NCBI GenBank assembly: GCA_040387195.1
Contig: JAZKEF010000012.1
Coordinates: forward strand, 124,455-188,454
DNA: 64,000 nucleotides
Direction: 5' to 3'
From: Bacteroidota bacterium
GTDB lineage: Bacteria > Bacteroidota > Bacteroidia > UKL13-3
Made by a program: the position numbers and the translations under genes. Of this stretch, positions 31,794 to 43,200 are shown piece after piece. The notes beneath the pieces are model-generated. The model saw nothing but the letters and a program-made list of their open reading frames with translations. It searched no databases and was not told where the DNA came from. The first letter of the stretch is position 1, and every line of letters starts with the position of its first letter.

Positions 31794-31906
31794 GCTATCG
31801 GGACAACCAATCACTCTATTTACTTTTACCCACCCGTGTAATCAATCAAAAATTTCACTTGCAAGATTACTACATTTTTTAGTATTGTTGTACTAAATTT
31901 TTTAGC

Positions 31907-32665
31907 ATGTCGAAAATATCACGAAATATCAAGCACTTACGTTTATTAAAAAACTGGAGTCAGGGCCAATTGGCCGATGAGGTAGAATTGAGTCGCGCAC
32001 GTATCGGTTCTTATGAAGAAGGGCGAGCCGAGCCATCCATTGAAGTGATGGTACGCCTGTCGCATATTTTTCACGTGAGCATTGATGCCTTGGTTAAATC
32101 CAACCTAAGTGGATTAAAAGATACGCAACTGATGAAGGTTGCCGAAAACCGGTTATTGTTTCCCATTATGGTAGACGTGAACAATAATGATCTGGTGGAA
32201 GTTGTAACTGCCAAAGCATCGGCAGGCTATTTAAACGGATACAGCGATCCCGAGTATTTTGAAAAATTACCCAACATGAATCTGCCTTTTAAGATAACGG
32301 GCAAACACCGTGCATTTCCCATTAAGGGGGACTCAATGCCTCCGCTCAAAGACGGCAGTTTTGTGGTAGGTAAGTTTGTGGAATCCATTAAAGATATTCA
32401 TGACGGCTCCACGTATATTTTGATTACCAAAGACGAAGGTATTGTATACAAACGGGTGCGTGCTAAAGCAAATGTGCTGGAGTTGATTTCTGATAACAAG
32501 GTGTATTCGCCTTATATGGTTCATGCTAAAGATGTATTGGAAATATGGGAGTTTGTATGCACACTCAATGTATCAGATACAAAAGAGGAAGAACTCAACC
32601 TGGAAAGTATCATGGATATGCTACGTAGCATGCGGGTGGAAATTGAGCAATTGAAAAAGCATTAA
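31907..32665 (+). CDS. LexA-like repressor: XRE-type HTH plus S24 peptidase
   Basis: N-terminal HTH (WSQGQLADEVELSRARIGSYE); C-terminal GDSM Ser and a downstream Lys forming the catalytic dyad; divergent from dinB-dnaE2. Confidence 0.7.
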   Translation: MSKISRNIKHLRLLKNWSQGQLADEVELSRARIGSYEEGRAEPSIEVMVRLSHIFHVSIDALVKSNLSGLKDTQLMKVAENRLLFPIMVDVNNNDLVEVVTAKASAGYLNGYSDPEYFEKLPNMNLPFKITGKHRAFPIKGDSMPPLKDGSFVVGKFVESIKDIHDGSTYILITKDEGIVYKRVRAKANVLELISDNKVYSPYMVHAKDVLEIWEFVCTLNVSDTKEEELNLESIMDMLRSMRVEIEQLKKH

Positions 32666-32675
32666 ACATAACCTT

Positions 32676-33257
32676 ATGAAAACTAAAACCTCAACCCATT
32701 TGGCTATTACGGATGAAAAAGTAATCAGCAAAATTTACCACATCCGTAGTAAACGTATTATGCTCGACAGCGATTTAGCTCAGCTTTATAATGTAGAAAC
32801 CAAGGTATTGAACCAAGCAGTAAAACGTAACATGTTAAGATTCCCGGAAGACTTTATGTTTACACTTACCGAAACAGAGTGGGAGATTTTGAGGTCACAA
32901 TTTGTGACCTCAAAATCTCCTGCCCCATCTGATATGCGGGGCGGACGTAGAACATTACCCTTTGCTTTTACTGAACAAGGCATTGCTATGTTATCTAGTA
33001 TCCTGAACAGCGAAACGGCTATTCTGGTAAACATTCAAATCATCAGGGTATTTACACGCATGCGGGAGTTATTGTCTACGCATAAGGAGACCTTATTGAA
33101 ACTCGAAAAAATTGAAAAGGCATTACTTGGTCAACTCTCACGACTGAACAAGCATGATGATGATATTGATTCAATTTTCAACGTACTGAAAGAGCTGTTA
33201 CAACCACTTAAACAGCAAACACCGTCCCGCAAACGGATTGGATTTAAAAGCGATTAA
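32676..33257 (+). CDS. ORF6N/KilA-N-like domain protein
   Basis: Pattern RIMLDSDLAQLYNVETKVLNQAVKRN...FPEDFMFTLT...RGGRRTLPFAFTEQG, recalled as the ORF6N family. Confidence 0.55.
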   Translation: MKTKTSTHLAITDEKVISKIYHIRSKRIMLDSDLAQLYNVETKVLNQAVKRNMLRFPEDFMFTLTETEWEILRSQFVTSKSPAPSDMRGGRRTLPFAFTEQGIAMLSSILNSETAILVNIQIIRVFTRMRELLSTHKETLLKLEKIEKALLGQLSRLNKHDDDIDSIFNVLKELLQPLKQQTPSRKRIGFKSD

Positions 33258-33314
33258 CCACTTTCATCCTGCCCTTTTTCACAAAAACCCCATCCTCTTT
33301 TAGGCATTCACATT

Positions 33315-34385
33315 ATGCAAATCGAACTTATTAAAGGCAGGGGCTCGCAGCTCAATACTCCCAACCGTTTCAGCAAATATGAAACAGTAACCGAATTCAT
33401 CGAGGGGTTGGATGAACCGTTGATTCAGGAGGTGCGTACTCAGGTATTTCTGGATTATCCCAAAAAGATTGTCAATAAAATTGAAAGTCCGGATGTGGGT
33501 ATGCAGTTTTCAGTGAACCCATACCAGGGATGCGAACATGGATGCATTTACTGTTATGCGCGAAACACACATGAATACTGGGGATTCAGTGCCGGATTGG
33601 ACTTTGAATCGAAGTTGATTGCCAAACCCAATGCCCCACAGTTATTGATACAGGCGTTTGAACATAAAAAATGGAAGCCTTCCGTTATTTCGTTATCGGG
33701 CAATACCGATTGTTACCAACCCATTGAACGAAAATACCAGCTCACCCGAAAATTATTGGAAGTATGCTTAAAGTATAAAAATCCGGTGGGCATCATCACC
33801 AAAAACCAATTGGTATTGCGCGATCTTGATTTGCTGAAACAGCTGGCAGCCCATCAACTGGTGCAGGTTTATGTAACCATTACTTCACTGGATGAAAGTA
33901 TCAGGCAAAAACTGGAACCACGAACAACTACGTACCAAAACCGTCTCAAAATTTTGAGAGAATTAACAGCTGCAGGCATTCCGTGTGGGGTGATGGTAGC
34001 GCCTATTATTCCCGGATTAACCAATTATGGTATTGCCGAAGTACTTGAAGCTGCAGGTAATGCCGGTGCTTACACAGCAGGATATACCATCCTTCGGCTT
34101 AACGGACAACTGGAAAATATTTTCACCGACTGGGTGCACAAAGCATTCCCTGATGCAGCCGATAAAATATTAAAACAAGTTGCCGAATGCCATGGAGGAA
34201 ATCTTAACGATTCACGTTTTGGAACCCGCATGAAAGGTGAGGGAAAAATTGCAGAAAGCATCCGCAACCTGTTTATTGCAGCACGCAAAAAACACATGAG
34301 TTTAACACCTGCATATGCATTTAACATGACGGCATTTGAGAGGCCTGTGAGGGCGGGACAGCAGATGGCGTTGGAGTTATTTTAA
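33315..34385 (+). CDS. Radical SAM protein of the PA0069 / SplB-like (COG1533) family
   Basis: KGRGSQLNTPNRF N-terminus; CEHGCIYCYA radical-SAM cysteine motif. Confidence 0.7.
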   Translation: MQIELIKGRGSQLNTPNRFSKYETVTEFIEGLDEPLIQEVRTQVFLDYPKKIVNKIESPDVGMQFSVNPYQGCEHGCIYCYARNTHEYWGFSAGLDFESKLIAKPNAPQLLIQAFEHKKWKPSVISLSGNTDCYQPIERKYQLTRKLLEVCLKYKNPVGIITKNQLVLRDLDLLKQLAAHQLVQVYVTITSLDESIRQKLEPRTTTYQNRLKILRELTAAGIPCGVMVAPIIPGLTNYGIAEVLEAAGNAGAYTAGYTILRLNGQLENIFTDWVHKAFPDAADKILKQVAECHGGNLNDSRFGTRMKGEGKIAESIRNLFIAARKKHMSLTPAYAFNMTAFERPVRAGQQMALELF

Positions 34386-36305
34386 CGCACCATTCTTAAT
34401 TTCCTCCACCACGCCCGGATCCAATAATGTGGATGTATCTCCAAGGTTAGATGTTTCACCCTCCGCTATTTTGCGTAAAATTCTGCGCATAATTTTACCG
34501 CTTCGTGTTTTCGGTAATCCTGTTACAAACTGAATCTTATCGGGTTTGGCAATTGCTCCAATGACACGGGAAACTGTTTGCATAATATCTTTTCGCATTT
34601 GTTCTGCATCTCCATGGATGTGTTCCAAAATAACATATGCATAAATGCCTTGCCCTTTGATATCATGCGGATAACCAACCACCGCACTTTCTACCACACC
34701 ACTGTGCATATTGAGTGCATTCTCTACTTCGGCTGTTCCGATGCGGTGTCCGCTCACATTAAGCACATCATCCACACGACCTGTGATTCTGTAATGCCCC
34801 TCTTCATCGCGTAAACAACCATCTCCAGTGAAGTACATATTTTCATACGTAGCAAAATAACTGGTACGGCAACGCTCGTGATCACCATATGTGGTACGAA
34901 TCATTCCGGGCCACGGATGCGTGATGCATAAATTTCCACTTACCGAATTTCCCTCAATAATCTTCCCGTTTTCATCTACCAAAACAGGTTGAATTCCCGG
35001 TAAAGGCAACGTAGCAAATGTTGGCTTTTGAGGTGTGACTCCGGCAAGACCTGAAATCATGATCCCACCTGTTTCTGTTTGCCACCAGGTATCTACAATC
35101 GGGCATTTTTCTTTGCCTATATTTTTATTGTACCATTGCCATGCTTCCTCATTAATAGGTTCTCCAACCGAACCCAATACCTTCAGCGAACTTAAATCCT
35201 TATCTTTTACATAATCCAACCCAAAACCCATTAAACTGCGAATGGCAGTTGGTGCTGTATATAAAACATCGACCTTATGTTTAGCTACAATATCCCAGAA
35301 CCTTCCCGCATCGGGCCAAGTAGGGATGCCTTCAAACATGAGCGAAGTTCCTCCGGCACTCAGTGGACCATATACAATATAACTGTGCCCGGTGATCCAA
35401 CCGATATCGGCCGTACAAAAATGAACCTGTCCCGGTTGGTATTGAAACACATTGACAAACGTATAGTTGGCCCAAACCATATAACCGGCCTGTGTATGCA
35501 CCACTCCTTTGGGTTTGCCTGTAGAGCCTGAGGTATACAGAATGAATAGTGGAGCTTCGGCATCCATGGGTTCGGCCGGAAAGTGGACGATGCCATCTTT
35601 TTCCACTTGTGTTTCGGCAAATTCCATTTCATCCTCCCACCAGATATCACGTCCTTTGATCATGGATACAGGAATGCGGGTACGAGTATACACAATTACC
35701 TTTTTTACTGTTTTGTTTCCTACCAAAGCGTCATCAATTACACTTTTCAATGGAATATCTTTTGCACCCCGGTAGGCTCCATCGCAGGTAATAATAAATT
35801 CGGCCTGGGCATCATCCAGTCTATCGGCAATACTTTGTGCTGAGAACCCTCCAAAAATGACACTGTGAACAGCACCAATTCGGGCACATCCCAATACTGC
35901 ATATGCCAGCTCCGGAACCATTCCCATATAGATGCATACCCGGTCTCCCTTTTTTACACCATTGTTTTTGAGCATTTGTGCAACCTGGCAAACACGTTTA
36001 TGCAATCGGTTATAGGTGACGGTGCGTGTGCGCTCTTCAGGATCATTGGACTCCCATATAATGGCAGGTTCTTCTCCCCTTGTTGCAAGATGCCTGTCGA
36101 TACAGTTCTCGGTAATGTTTAACTGAGCTCCTTTAAACCATTCAACTTTGGGTTCTTTAAAATTCCACTCCAACACTTTGTCCCATTTCTTTTTCCAAAC
36201 AAAATTTTCTGCTACTTCAGCCCAAAACTCATCGGGAGACTCAATGCTCTTTTGATAGGCTTCTTTATATTGACTCAAACTTTTGATCTGAAACGGATAG
36301 GTCAT
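34377..36305 (-). CDS. acs: Acetyl-CoA synthetase
   Basis: 642 aa; AMP-binding motifs (YTSGSTGKPKG). Confidence 0.9.
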   Translation of the reverse strand: MTYPFQIKSLSQYKEAYQKSIESPDEFWAEVAENFVWKKKWDKVLEWNFKEPKVEWFKGAQLNITENCIDRHLATRGEEPAIIWESNDPEERTRTVTYNRLHKRVCQVAQMLKNNGVKKGDRVCIYMGMVPELAYAVLGCARIGAVHSVIFGGFSAQSIADRLDDAQAEFIITCDGAYRGAKDIPLKSVIDDALVGNKTVKKVIVYTRTRIPVSMIKGRDIWWEDEMEFAETQVEKDGIVHFPAEPMDAEAPLFILYTSGSTGKPKGVVHTQAGYMVWANYTFVNVFQYQPGQVHFCTADIGWITGHSYIVYGPLSAGGTSLMFEGIPTWPDAGRFWDIVAKHKVDVLYTAPTAIRSLMGFGLDYVKDKDLSSLKVLGSVGEPINEEAWQWYNKNIGKEKCPIVDTWWQTETGGIMISGLAGVTPQKPTFATLPLPGIQPVLVDENGKIIEGNSVSGNLCITHPWPGMIRTTYGDHERCRTSYFATYENMYFTGDGCLRDEEGHYRITGRVDDVLNVSGHRIGTAEVENALNMHSGVVESAVVGYPHDIKGQGIYAYVILEHIHGDAEQMRKDIMQTVSRVIGAIAKPDKIQFVTGLPKTRSGKIMRRILRKIAEGETSNLGDTSTLLDPGVVEEIKNGALK

Positions 36306-36383
36306 ATATGATTTTATTAATGCAACTAAATTACTATTCCTGATGAAAGTGTCGATATGGTTTTTTTCAAAAAATGATTACAC

Positions 36384-36413
36384 AAAAAAACCGGCCTTAT
36401 GAGCCGGTTTTGA
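36384..36413. terminator. Rho-independent terminator downstream of accA
   Basis: AAAAAAACCGGC / CTTATGA / GCCGGTTTTGAA. Confidence 0.65.
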
Positions 36414-36433
36414 ATGCAGTTGACGTATTATTT

Positions 36434-37396
36434 TTACGCCTCCGTATAAGCTCCCATATCCGAGAATTTCTCAATGCGCTTAGTTACCAATGTTTCAGGA
36501 TCCAGTTTTTTAAGTTCACTAATATAGCTCAACAAGGAAGTTTTCATTGTTTTATACATCTGCTCAGGATCGGCATGAGCACCTCCCAAAGGCTCTGCGA
36601 TGATGCCATCTATTAATTTATTGGATAACATATCGGTTGCAGTAAGCTTCAATGCTTCGGCTGCTTTGGCCTTGTGATCCCAGCTTCTCCATAAAATAGA
36701 TGAACATGATTCGGGCGAAATAACCGAATACCAGGTATTTTCAAGCATCACCACTCTATCGCCTACACCTATACCCAATGCTCCTCCAGAGGCCCCTTCT
36801 CCTATTACCACACAAATTACCGGTACTTTAAGCACGCTCATTTCCAGTAAGTTTTTAGCAATGGCCTCGCCTTGTCCGCGTTCTTCCGCTTCCAATCCGG
36901 GCGATGCACCTGGCGTATCTATCAATGTAATGACGGGTTTGTTAAATTTCTCTGCCAGTTTCATCAAACGCAATGCCTTGCGATAGCCTTCAGGATTAGG
37001 CATTCCGAAGTTACGGTACTGACGTTGTTTGGTGTTACGTCCCTTTTGATGGCCAATAACCATCACGGTTTGATCACCCAAACGCGCAAATCCGCCTACA
37101 ATGGCTTTATCATCCTTAACGTTACGATCTCCATGCTGCTCAATAAAATCTTCGAAAATATTCTCGATATAATCCAGTGTATACGGCCTATCGGCATGAC
37201 GTGAAATCTGAACACGTTGCCATCCATTGAGGCCTCCATATACCCTTTTCTTCTCCTCAAGCATCTTTTCTTCAAGGTCTTTTACGGTTGCCGTGAGATC
37301 TATTTTGCTCTTTTCTGAAAGTTGTTTTGCCTTTTGTAACTGCTCTTCAAGCTCTTGTATTGATTTTTCAAAATCGAAGTAAGTTGTCATACTCAT
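36434..37396 (-). CDS. accA: Acetyl-CoA carboxylase carboxyltransferase alpha subunit
   Basis: 320 aa; AccA-like. Confidence 0.9.
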   Translation of the reverse strand: MSMTTYFDFEKSIQELEEQLQKAKQLSEKSKIDLTATVKDLEEKMLEEKKRVYGGLNGWQRVQISRHADRPYTLDYIENIFEDFIEQHGDRNVKDDKAIVGGFARLGDQTVMVIGHQKGRNTKQRQYRNFGMPNPEGYRKALRLMKLAEKFNKPVITLIDTPGASPGLEAEERGQGEAIAKNLLEMSVLKVPVICVVIGEGASGGALGIGVGDRVVMLENTWYSVISPESCSSILWRSWDHKAKAAEALKLTATDMLSNKLIDGIIAEPLGGAHADPEQMYKTMKTSLLSYISELKKLDPETLVTKRIEKFSDMGAYTEA

Positions 37397-37544
37397 TTTT
37401 AAATGCTGTGCGCAAAGTAAATAAGAAAGTAGGATAAAAAACTTTAAAGTTTAAGTTGACAAAATAAAATATAGGCCTATATTTGCATCCCGTTTGAGAG
37501 AGAAATCATTCAAACATTGTTCTAAAGTTTACGGTTTGTAGTTC

Positions 37545-37562
37545 TCCCGATAGCTATCGGGA
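37545..37562. repeat. Copy 3 of the palindrome TCCCGATAGCTATCGGGA, 30 nt upstream of tRNA-Asp
   Basis: Read directly. Confidence 0.8.
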
Positions 37563-37591
37563 GGTTAGAATACCAAAACGATAATACCATT

Positions 37592-37665
37592 GGTGTGGTA
37601 GTTCAGCTGGTTAGAATACCTGCCTGTCACGCAGGGGGTCGCGGGTTCGAGTCCCGTCCGCACCG
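37592..37665 (+). tRNA. tRNA-Asp (GTC)
   Basis: 7-bp acceptor stem GGTGTGG/CCGCACC; anticodon loop CTGTCAC; T-arm GGTTCGAGTCC; discriminator G; no encoded CCA. Confidence 0.85.
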
Positions 37666-37677
37666 CAACATTCAATT

Positions 37678-37708
37678 AAAAAGCCTTTCCAAAAGAAAGG
37701 CTTTTTTG
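37678..37708 (+). terminator. Terminator after tRNA-Asp
   Basis: AAGCCTTTC / CAAAA / GAAAGGCTTTTTTG. Confidence 0.65.
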
Positions 37709-37881
37709 TTGCAAAATGCACCGGATTCCATAATCATCAGTGCCATCACCTCGTCTTCATCCGAAACACTCCAACCTTAATACATTGCTTATCCAAACAG
37801 AAGTCCGAATTCATGAAACCATTCTGCCGGATACCAAAACGGAACAAGAATTGAGTCCTATCCTGTAAAATTAAGACGATC

Positions 37882-38343
37882 ATGAAATTCACAGTTTTAA
37901 TCGGACGGATCTGTTATGCTCTTATCTTTCTGAACACCATTATTGGACATTTTTCGCAACAAACCATCGCCTATGCCCATTCACATGGTGTACCCATGGC
38001 ATCGGTTCTTGTTCCTTTTTCGGGTATACTGGCCTTTGCGGGGGCGTTGAGCATTATATCCGGATACCATGCGAAATGGGGTGCATGGCTTATTGTACTT
38101 TTTTTGATTCCGGTTACTTTCACCATGCACAATTTCTGGACAATTGCCGATCCAATGGCCAGGCAATTGCAACTTACTATGTTTATGAAAAACATATCAA
38201 TGCTTGGAGGTGCCTTGCTAATCAGTTATTGGGGTTCAGGCCCGTTAAGTCTGGATGCAAAAATGAACAGCACTCCAGTAAAGAAGGTAACCCTTACATC
38301 CTCTGCTGAAAAAGGAATAAAATTTGAACATATTGAGACGTAG
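37882..38343 (+). CDS. DoxX-family membrane protein
   Basis: 153 aa; ~4 predicted TM segments. Confidence 0.65.
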   Translation: MKFTVLIGRICYALIFLNTIIGHFSQQTIAYAHSHGVPMASVLVPFSGILAFAGALSIISGYHAKWGAWLIVLFLIPVTFTMHNFWTIADPMARQLQLTMFMKNISMLGGALLISYWGSGPLSLDAKMNSTPVKKVTLTSSAEKGIKFEHIET

Positions 38344-38440
38344 TATTTTCTTTCGGAATGCCTTGTGTAACAATAAGGCTGAGATTATAACCGTAAAACT
38401 TGATACAGACAATGCTGTCGAAAGGATAAAGGACTACTTA

Positions 38441-38473
38441 CAGGCAGTCTTAGTTACAAGACTGCCTTTTTTT
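38441..38473 (+). terminator. Terminator after doxX
   Basis: GGCAGTCTT / AGTTAC / AAGACTGCC followed by TTTTTTT. Confidence 0.65.
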
Positions 38474-38578
38474 GTATATTTTACTCCGTTTGGAAACATT
38501 TTTGTGCCTCCTCCAGAAATGAATTTTCTTACCCATTTAAGGCAATATTGTACTCATACGTAAAGGTGGCATGCACCC

Positions 38579-40087
38579 TTATAAAATAGACTTCTGAAAA
38601 CAATCATAGTAGGAAGATCCTGTATATTTTGATTCCAGCCATGCATTCAAGCTGATGTATTCCTTATCCCCGGGAATGTATTTTTTCAGGGATACAAAAT
38701 GCCTGTAATCCACTTTGAATTTGTCACTCCCTTTATACCCTTCATGCTTAATCATACGCTCCAATATGCGCAGAAACAACATTTCACGTTCAACATTTTT
38801 GGTGTGTGATGCTCCTCCGTATTTACGTTTGATTCTTTTCAGCAGGTATAATACATATTCATCATCTCCTTTTTCGAAATAAAAAATGAGCCCGTACAAT
38901 TCTGTAAACAGGAGCATCTCGAGTCCCAACCCTTCTTCCCTGAGTACCTGCTTTCCATATTGCTGGAGCAATCCCGAGTATATCCTTATGCACCTATCAT
39001 AATCATTGAGTTTAAAATACAAAGCCAGCAGATTGATGCGCAATAAAAAATAGATGATGGCATTTTTATTCTCCAATGAATATTTTTTATCAAGCCTGAG
39101 CAAAATGGACTTTGCTTCCTTCACTTTACCCGTGAACATATTCAAATCAGCTGCCATAATCTGGGAGCGAAAATCAAAGTAGATGTATTTATCATGCTGT
39201 GCCTTAAAGTTTTCCTTTTGTGTTTCGTACACCCGACTGAATTTTATTGCAACCTTATAATCATAGGTTCTTACGGAAGACTGATAAATGGATCGCAGCA
39301 ATTCCATCAGCAATTCAGGAGGCACTTTATCCAGCATTCTTCTTCTTTGCATCACTCCGTAACTTTTCACGGAGTATATTTTTAATCCCTCGTAATCTTT
39401 CTTCTCACGGAATGCACGGCAAACCATGCTCACAATTTTAGCATATACTTTGGGGTTGTCGTAAATGCGATCCTCTAGCTGGTATTGTTTTAATACACGT
39501 TCAATGATGGCATCTATATTTCCAAACACTTCTTTTGAAAAAAGTTCGCTGATCTCAAACAACAATAATGTATAGGCTGCATTTGCATCACCATTGCTTT
39601 TGGCCAATACCACATTCCGATCGCGTTTTGCAAGCAATGCCGGTACCGATACAGAAGGTGCGGTAAGAGGCCATGTACCCAGTGCATAATCAATCTGGGT
39701 GTAGTAAATATAATCAAGCAGCTCAAACGACTCTGTTTCATGTGCCGATTTTTCCGCCTTTCCCAAATAGTTCCATGCTTCCTTGTAACGCTCTTTCCTG
39801 AAAAAAAACCGGGCAACTTCCACATCATTCAAGATCCCTGAGTTTGCATCATGCTTGGTGTTTTCGAGTTGCACAAACAGTTCAAGTTGCCTTTTTAACC
39901 GTTTACGTGTCTGGTGATATGCGTTACTGCTTTGGCTGGAAGAAGGGATCTTTTTGCGAATAGCATCTACGAGCCGGACATCCTCGCGCTCCTGCACCAT
40001 ATTCGCCCTGCCTTTGAGGAAATACTTAAACTCCCGTAATTCTTCTCGGGTAAATGAAAGGATCATTTCTTCGATGAGGTGATGCAT
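38579..40087 (-). CDS. Hypothetical all-helical (TPR-like) cytoplasmic protein, divergent from the giant T9SS gene
   Basis: 502 aa; no signal peptide or TM segment; no recognisable catalytic motif. Confidence 0.4.
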   Translation of the reverse strand: MHHLIEEMILSFTREELREFKYFLKGRANMVQEREDVRLVDAIRKKIPSSSQSSNAYHQTRKRLKRQLELFVQLENTKHDANSGILNDVEVARFFFRKERYKEAWNYLGKAEKSAHETESFELLDYIYYTQIDYALGTWPLTAPSVSVPALLAKRDRNVVLAKSNGDANAAYTLLLFEISELFSKEVFGNIDAIIERVLKQYQLEDRIYDNPKVYAKIVSMVCRAFREKKDYEGLKIYSVKSYGVMQRRRMLDKVPPELLMELLRSIYQSSVRTYDYKVAIKFSRVYETQKENFKAQHDKYIYFDFRSQIMAADLNMFTGKVKEAKSILLRLDKKYSLENKNAIIYFLLRINLLALYFKLNDYDRCIRIYSGLLQQYGKQVLREEGLGLEMLLFTELYGLIFYFEKGDDEYVLYLLKRIKRKYGGASHTKNVEREMLFLRILERMIKHEGYKGSDKFKVDYRHFVSLKKYIPGDKEYISLNAWLESKYTGSSYYDCFQKSIL

Positions 40088-40236
40088 ATGTAATAGTCAG
40101 TTATAAAATATAAAAATACACTAAAATTAAGACTAATTACAAATAACTAACATCTGTACACGACAGTTTTATGCATTTTTTGCGTGTCACATTTTACCTC
40201 AATTGTGTATCATTGGTTAATACAACCTCTATTATT

Positions 40237-43200
40237 ATGAAAAGACTATCTACCATCCTTTTTGCTCTCCTTTGTTTTTCTTCCCTGAGTTATGGACAAC
40301 TCAGCGGAATTAAAACAGTTGGAGGAGTGTCTCCCGACTATGCTACCATCAGTGCCGCTGTAACCGCACTGAATGTAAACGGTGTTGCCTTCGGAGGTGT
40401 TACATTTAACATTGTTGCGGGACATACCGAAACGGCCAATAACCTTACCATCACCACCACCACGGGTGCCGACACGAGTACGATTGTATTTCAGAAATCA
40501 GGGATAGGTGCCAACCCGCTTATCACGGCAGCGCCCGGTACATCAACCACTGTGGATGGTATCATCAAAATTGCGGGAACCGATTATATTACATTTGACG
40601 GAATTGACTTGCTCGACCCGACAACCAATACCACCACCACCACCCGTTCGGAATGGGGATATGCTATTCTGAAAGGTTCGGCTATGAATGGCGCACAGCA
40701 CGTAACCATCCGTAACTGCACCGTTACTTTACAAAAAGCCTACGCTTCCACTAAAGCTATTTATTGCGGCAACCATCTTACAACCTCTGCGAGTGCACTT
40801 ACGGTTACCAATCAAACAGGAACCAATTCTTATATTGATATTTACGGAAATAATCTCACCAACTGTTATACGGGTATTTATACCATTGGAGCTACGAATG
40901 CTACCTATTATGATGACAGTTTAAGAATTGGCACCTATGGACAAAATGTGATTACCAATTTCGGAGGAACAACCACCATTGCATATGGAATTTACGTTCA
41001 GAATTTCAAATATGCAGAAATTATGAATGATTCGGTAAACGGAGGAGTGGGAACAACCCGGGATTTGATTGGTATTTATGCTGCAACCGGAACCAATTGT
41101 AATGCACTTATTCAAAACAACTACATACAGATTGGCTTTAGTCCGAGCAGTTATGACGGATATGGAATTTACTATGCTGCAGGAACTGCTGCTAATACCG
41201 TTGTTATTGATCACAATACGATCAAAAACTGCAGCATTGCAGGTAGTATTAGCGACTTTTTTTCCATCTGGGTATCAACACCAGCAGCAACAACCATCAG
41301 CAACAATACTGTTGGATTTAACACCGGCTCCATGAGCATTGGAAGCTTTTACCAAATATATACAGTGGTTGCCAGTGCCACTCTCAATATTCACTCCAAT
41401 ACCATCATGAATAATAGCGTTACTCCAGGAACCGGTGGAGCTTCCTATGGTATATATGCAACCGGAGCAGGAAATATTTACAACAATATTATTACGGAAA
41501 ATGCTAACAGCGGAAGCAATGGGTCGTATTATGCTATATATGCGAATGCTGGAGGAAACATATACGGGAATGAGATAGACAGTAATATTACCGGAACAAG
41601 CAGCAGTGCCAATTATGGAATATATACACTTGGTGGGGCTGCATCCATTTATAAGAATACGATTTACGAACTGATAACGGCCGGGTCGGGTGTTGTGCAG
41701 GGTATTGCTCTGGCAGCAACAACGAACGTGATGTATAGTGTTTACCAGAATAAAATTTACGGACTCACCAGCACAAGCAACAGCAGTGTGGTGAGTGGAA
41801 TTGTTCAGTCGGGAGCAAGCACTGCTACCATTGACAATAACCTGATCGGGTTGCTCACTTCGGGTGCGAGTACCACAACAACCAATGGTATTAACGGGAT
41901 TAACATTACCTCATCAACTACCGGAACCACGAGCAATATTTACCATAACTCTATTTATTTAAGCGCCACGTCAACCGGTGGAACAAATTGCATTTTACTC
42001 AACACAGCCGTTTCTGCTACCGTTGCCAACAACCTTTTGGTAAACCTCTCGGGAGCGGGAACAACTACAAACCGTGCAGCCTGTTTATTAAAAAGAACCA
42101 GTGCTACCTTTACGACTTACATGCCCGCATCGGATCATAATTTCTTCTTTTTGGGAGCACCCGGTACATACAGATATGTGTACTATGATGGAACAACGGC
42201 TCACCAATCACTTCCTATGTTTCAGTTATATGCGGTAAACCAGGATCAATCTTCCATCTCACAGAATATTACATTTGCCAGTCTCACCGGATCTGCCACC
42301 AATTTTTTACTGCCACAGGATACTACCTATACGGAAAGTGCCGGAAAAATTATCGCTGGATTGGAACGGGATTATACAACAACCAATCCTAGAGCCACCT
42401 ATCCGATAACAGGACAACTCAACGGAGGAGGAGGAGCTCCCGATATTGGTGCTTATGAGGCCGATCATATATTTGTTGACATTTTCCCTCCGTCTATTCA
42501 TTTCACTCCAATAGGTAAAAGTCTTATAAGTTCAACCAAACTGCTCGACAGTGTGAAAATTTTTGACCCGAGCGGAATTAACCTTGGCTCAGGAAGTGTT
42601 CCAAGGTTGTACTACAAAAAATCGACTGAAACGAATGCGCTGGCATTTACTAACAATGCATCAGCCAATGGTTGGAAGTATGTTGAAACTCCCAACACCT
42701 CTTATCCATATACTTTTGTAATTGACTATTCATTGTTATACTTAACCGGAGCGGTATCTGACGGAGATATTATTCAGTATTTTGTGGTTGCACAGGATAA
42801 CTCCACTACTCCCAAAGTAGGTATTAAAGGAGCAGCCCTCGCAGCAGCGGCACCTTCGGTAGTGTTAACATCGGCACAATTCCCTGTTACAACCGGTTAT
42901 TCCTATACGCTCAAATCGGCAGGTATACCGGCATCTGTAACGGTTGGTTCGGGTTCAACTTATACAAGCTTTACGCAACCCGGAGGTTTGTTTGAAGCCA
43001 TTAACAACGGGATTGTTACCGGCAATATTACAGCAACTGTAACTTCAGATATTTTAACGGAAACAGGTACCATTGCCTTAAATAAGTTCACCGAAGAAGG
43101 ACCGGGAGTCGGAACTTACACCCTTACCATCCAACCTGCAGCACCTACCGTGTATACTATTTCGGGAACGTATTCCCTCGGTGGATTGTTCCGCCTGATG

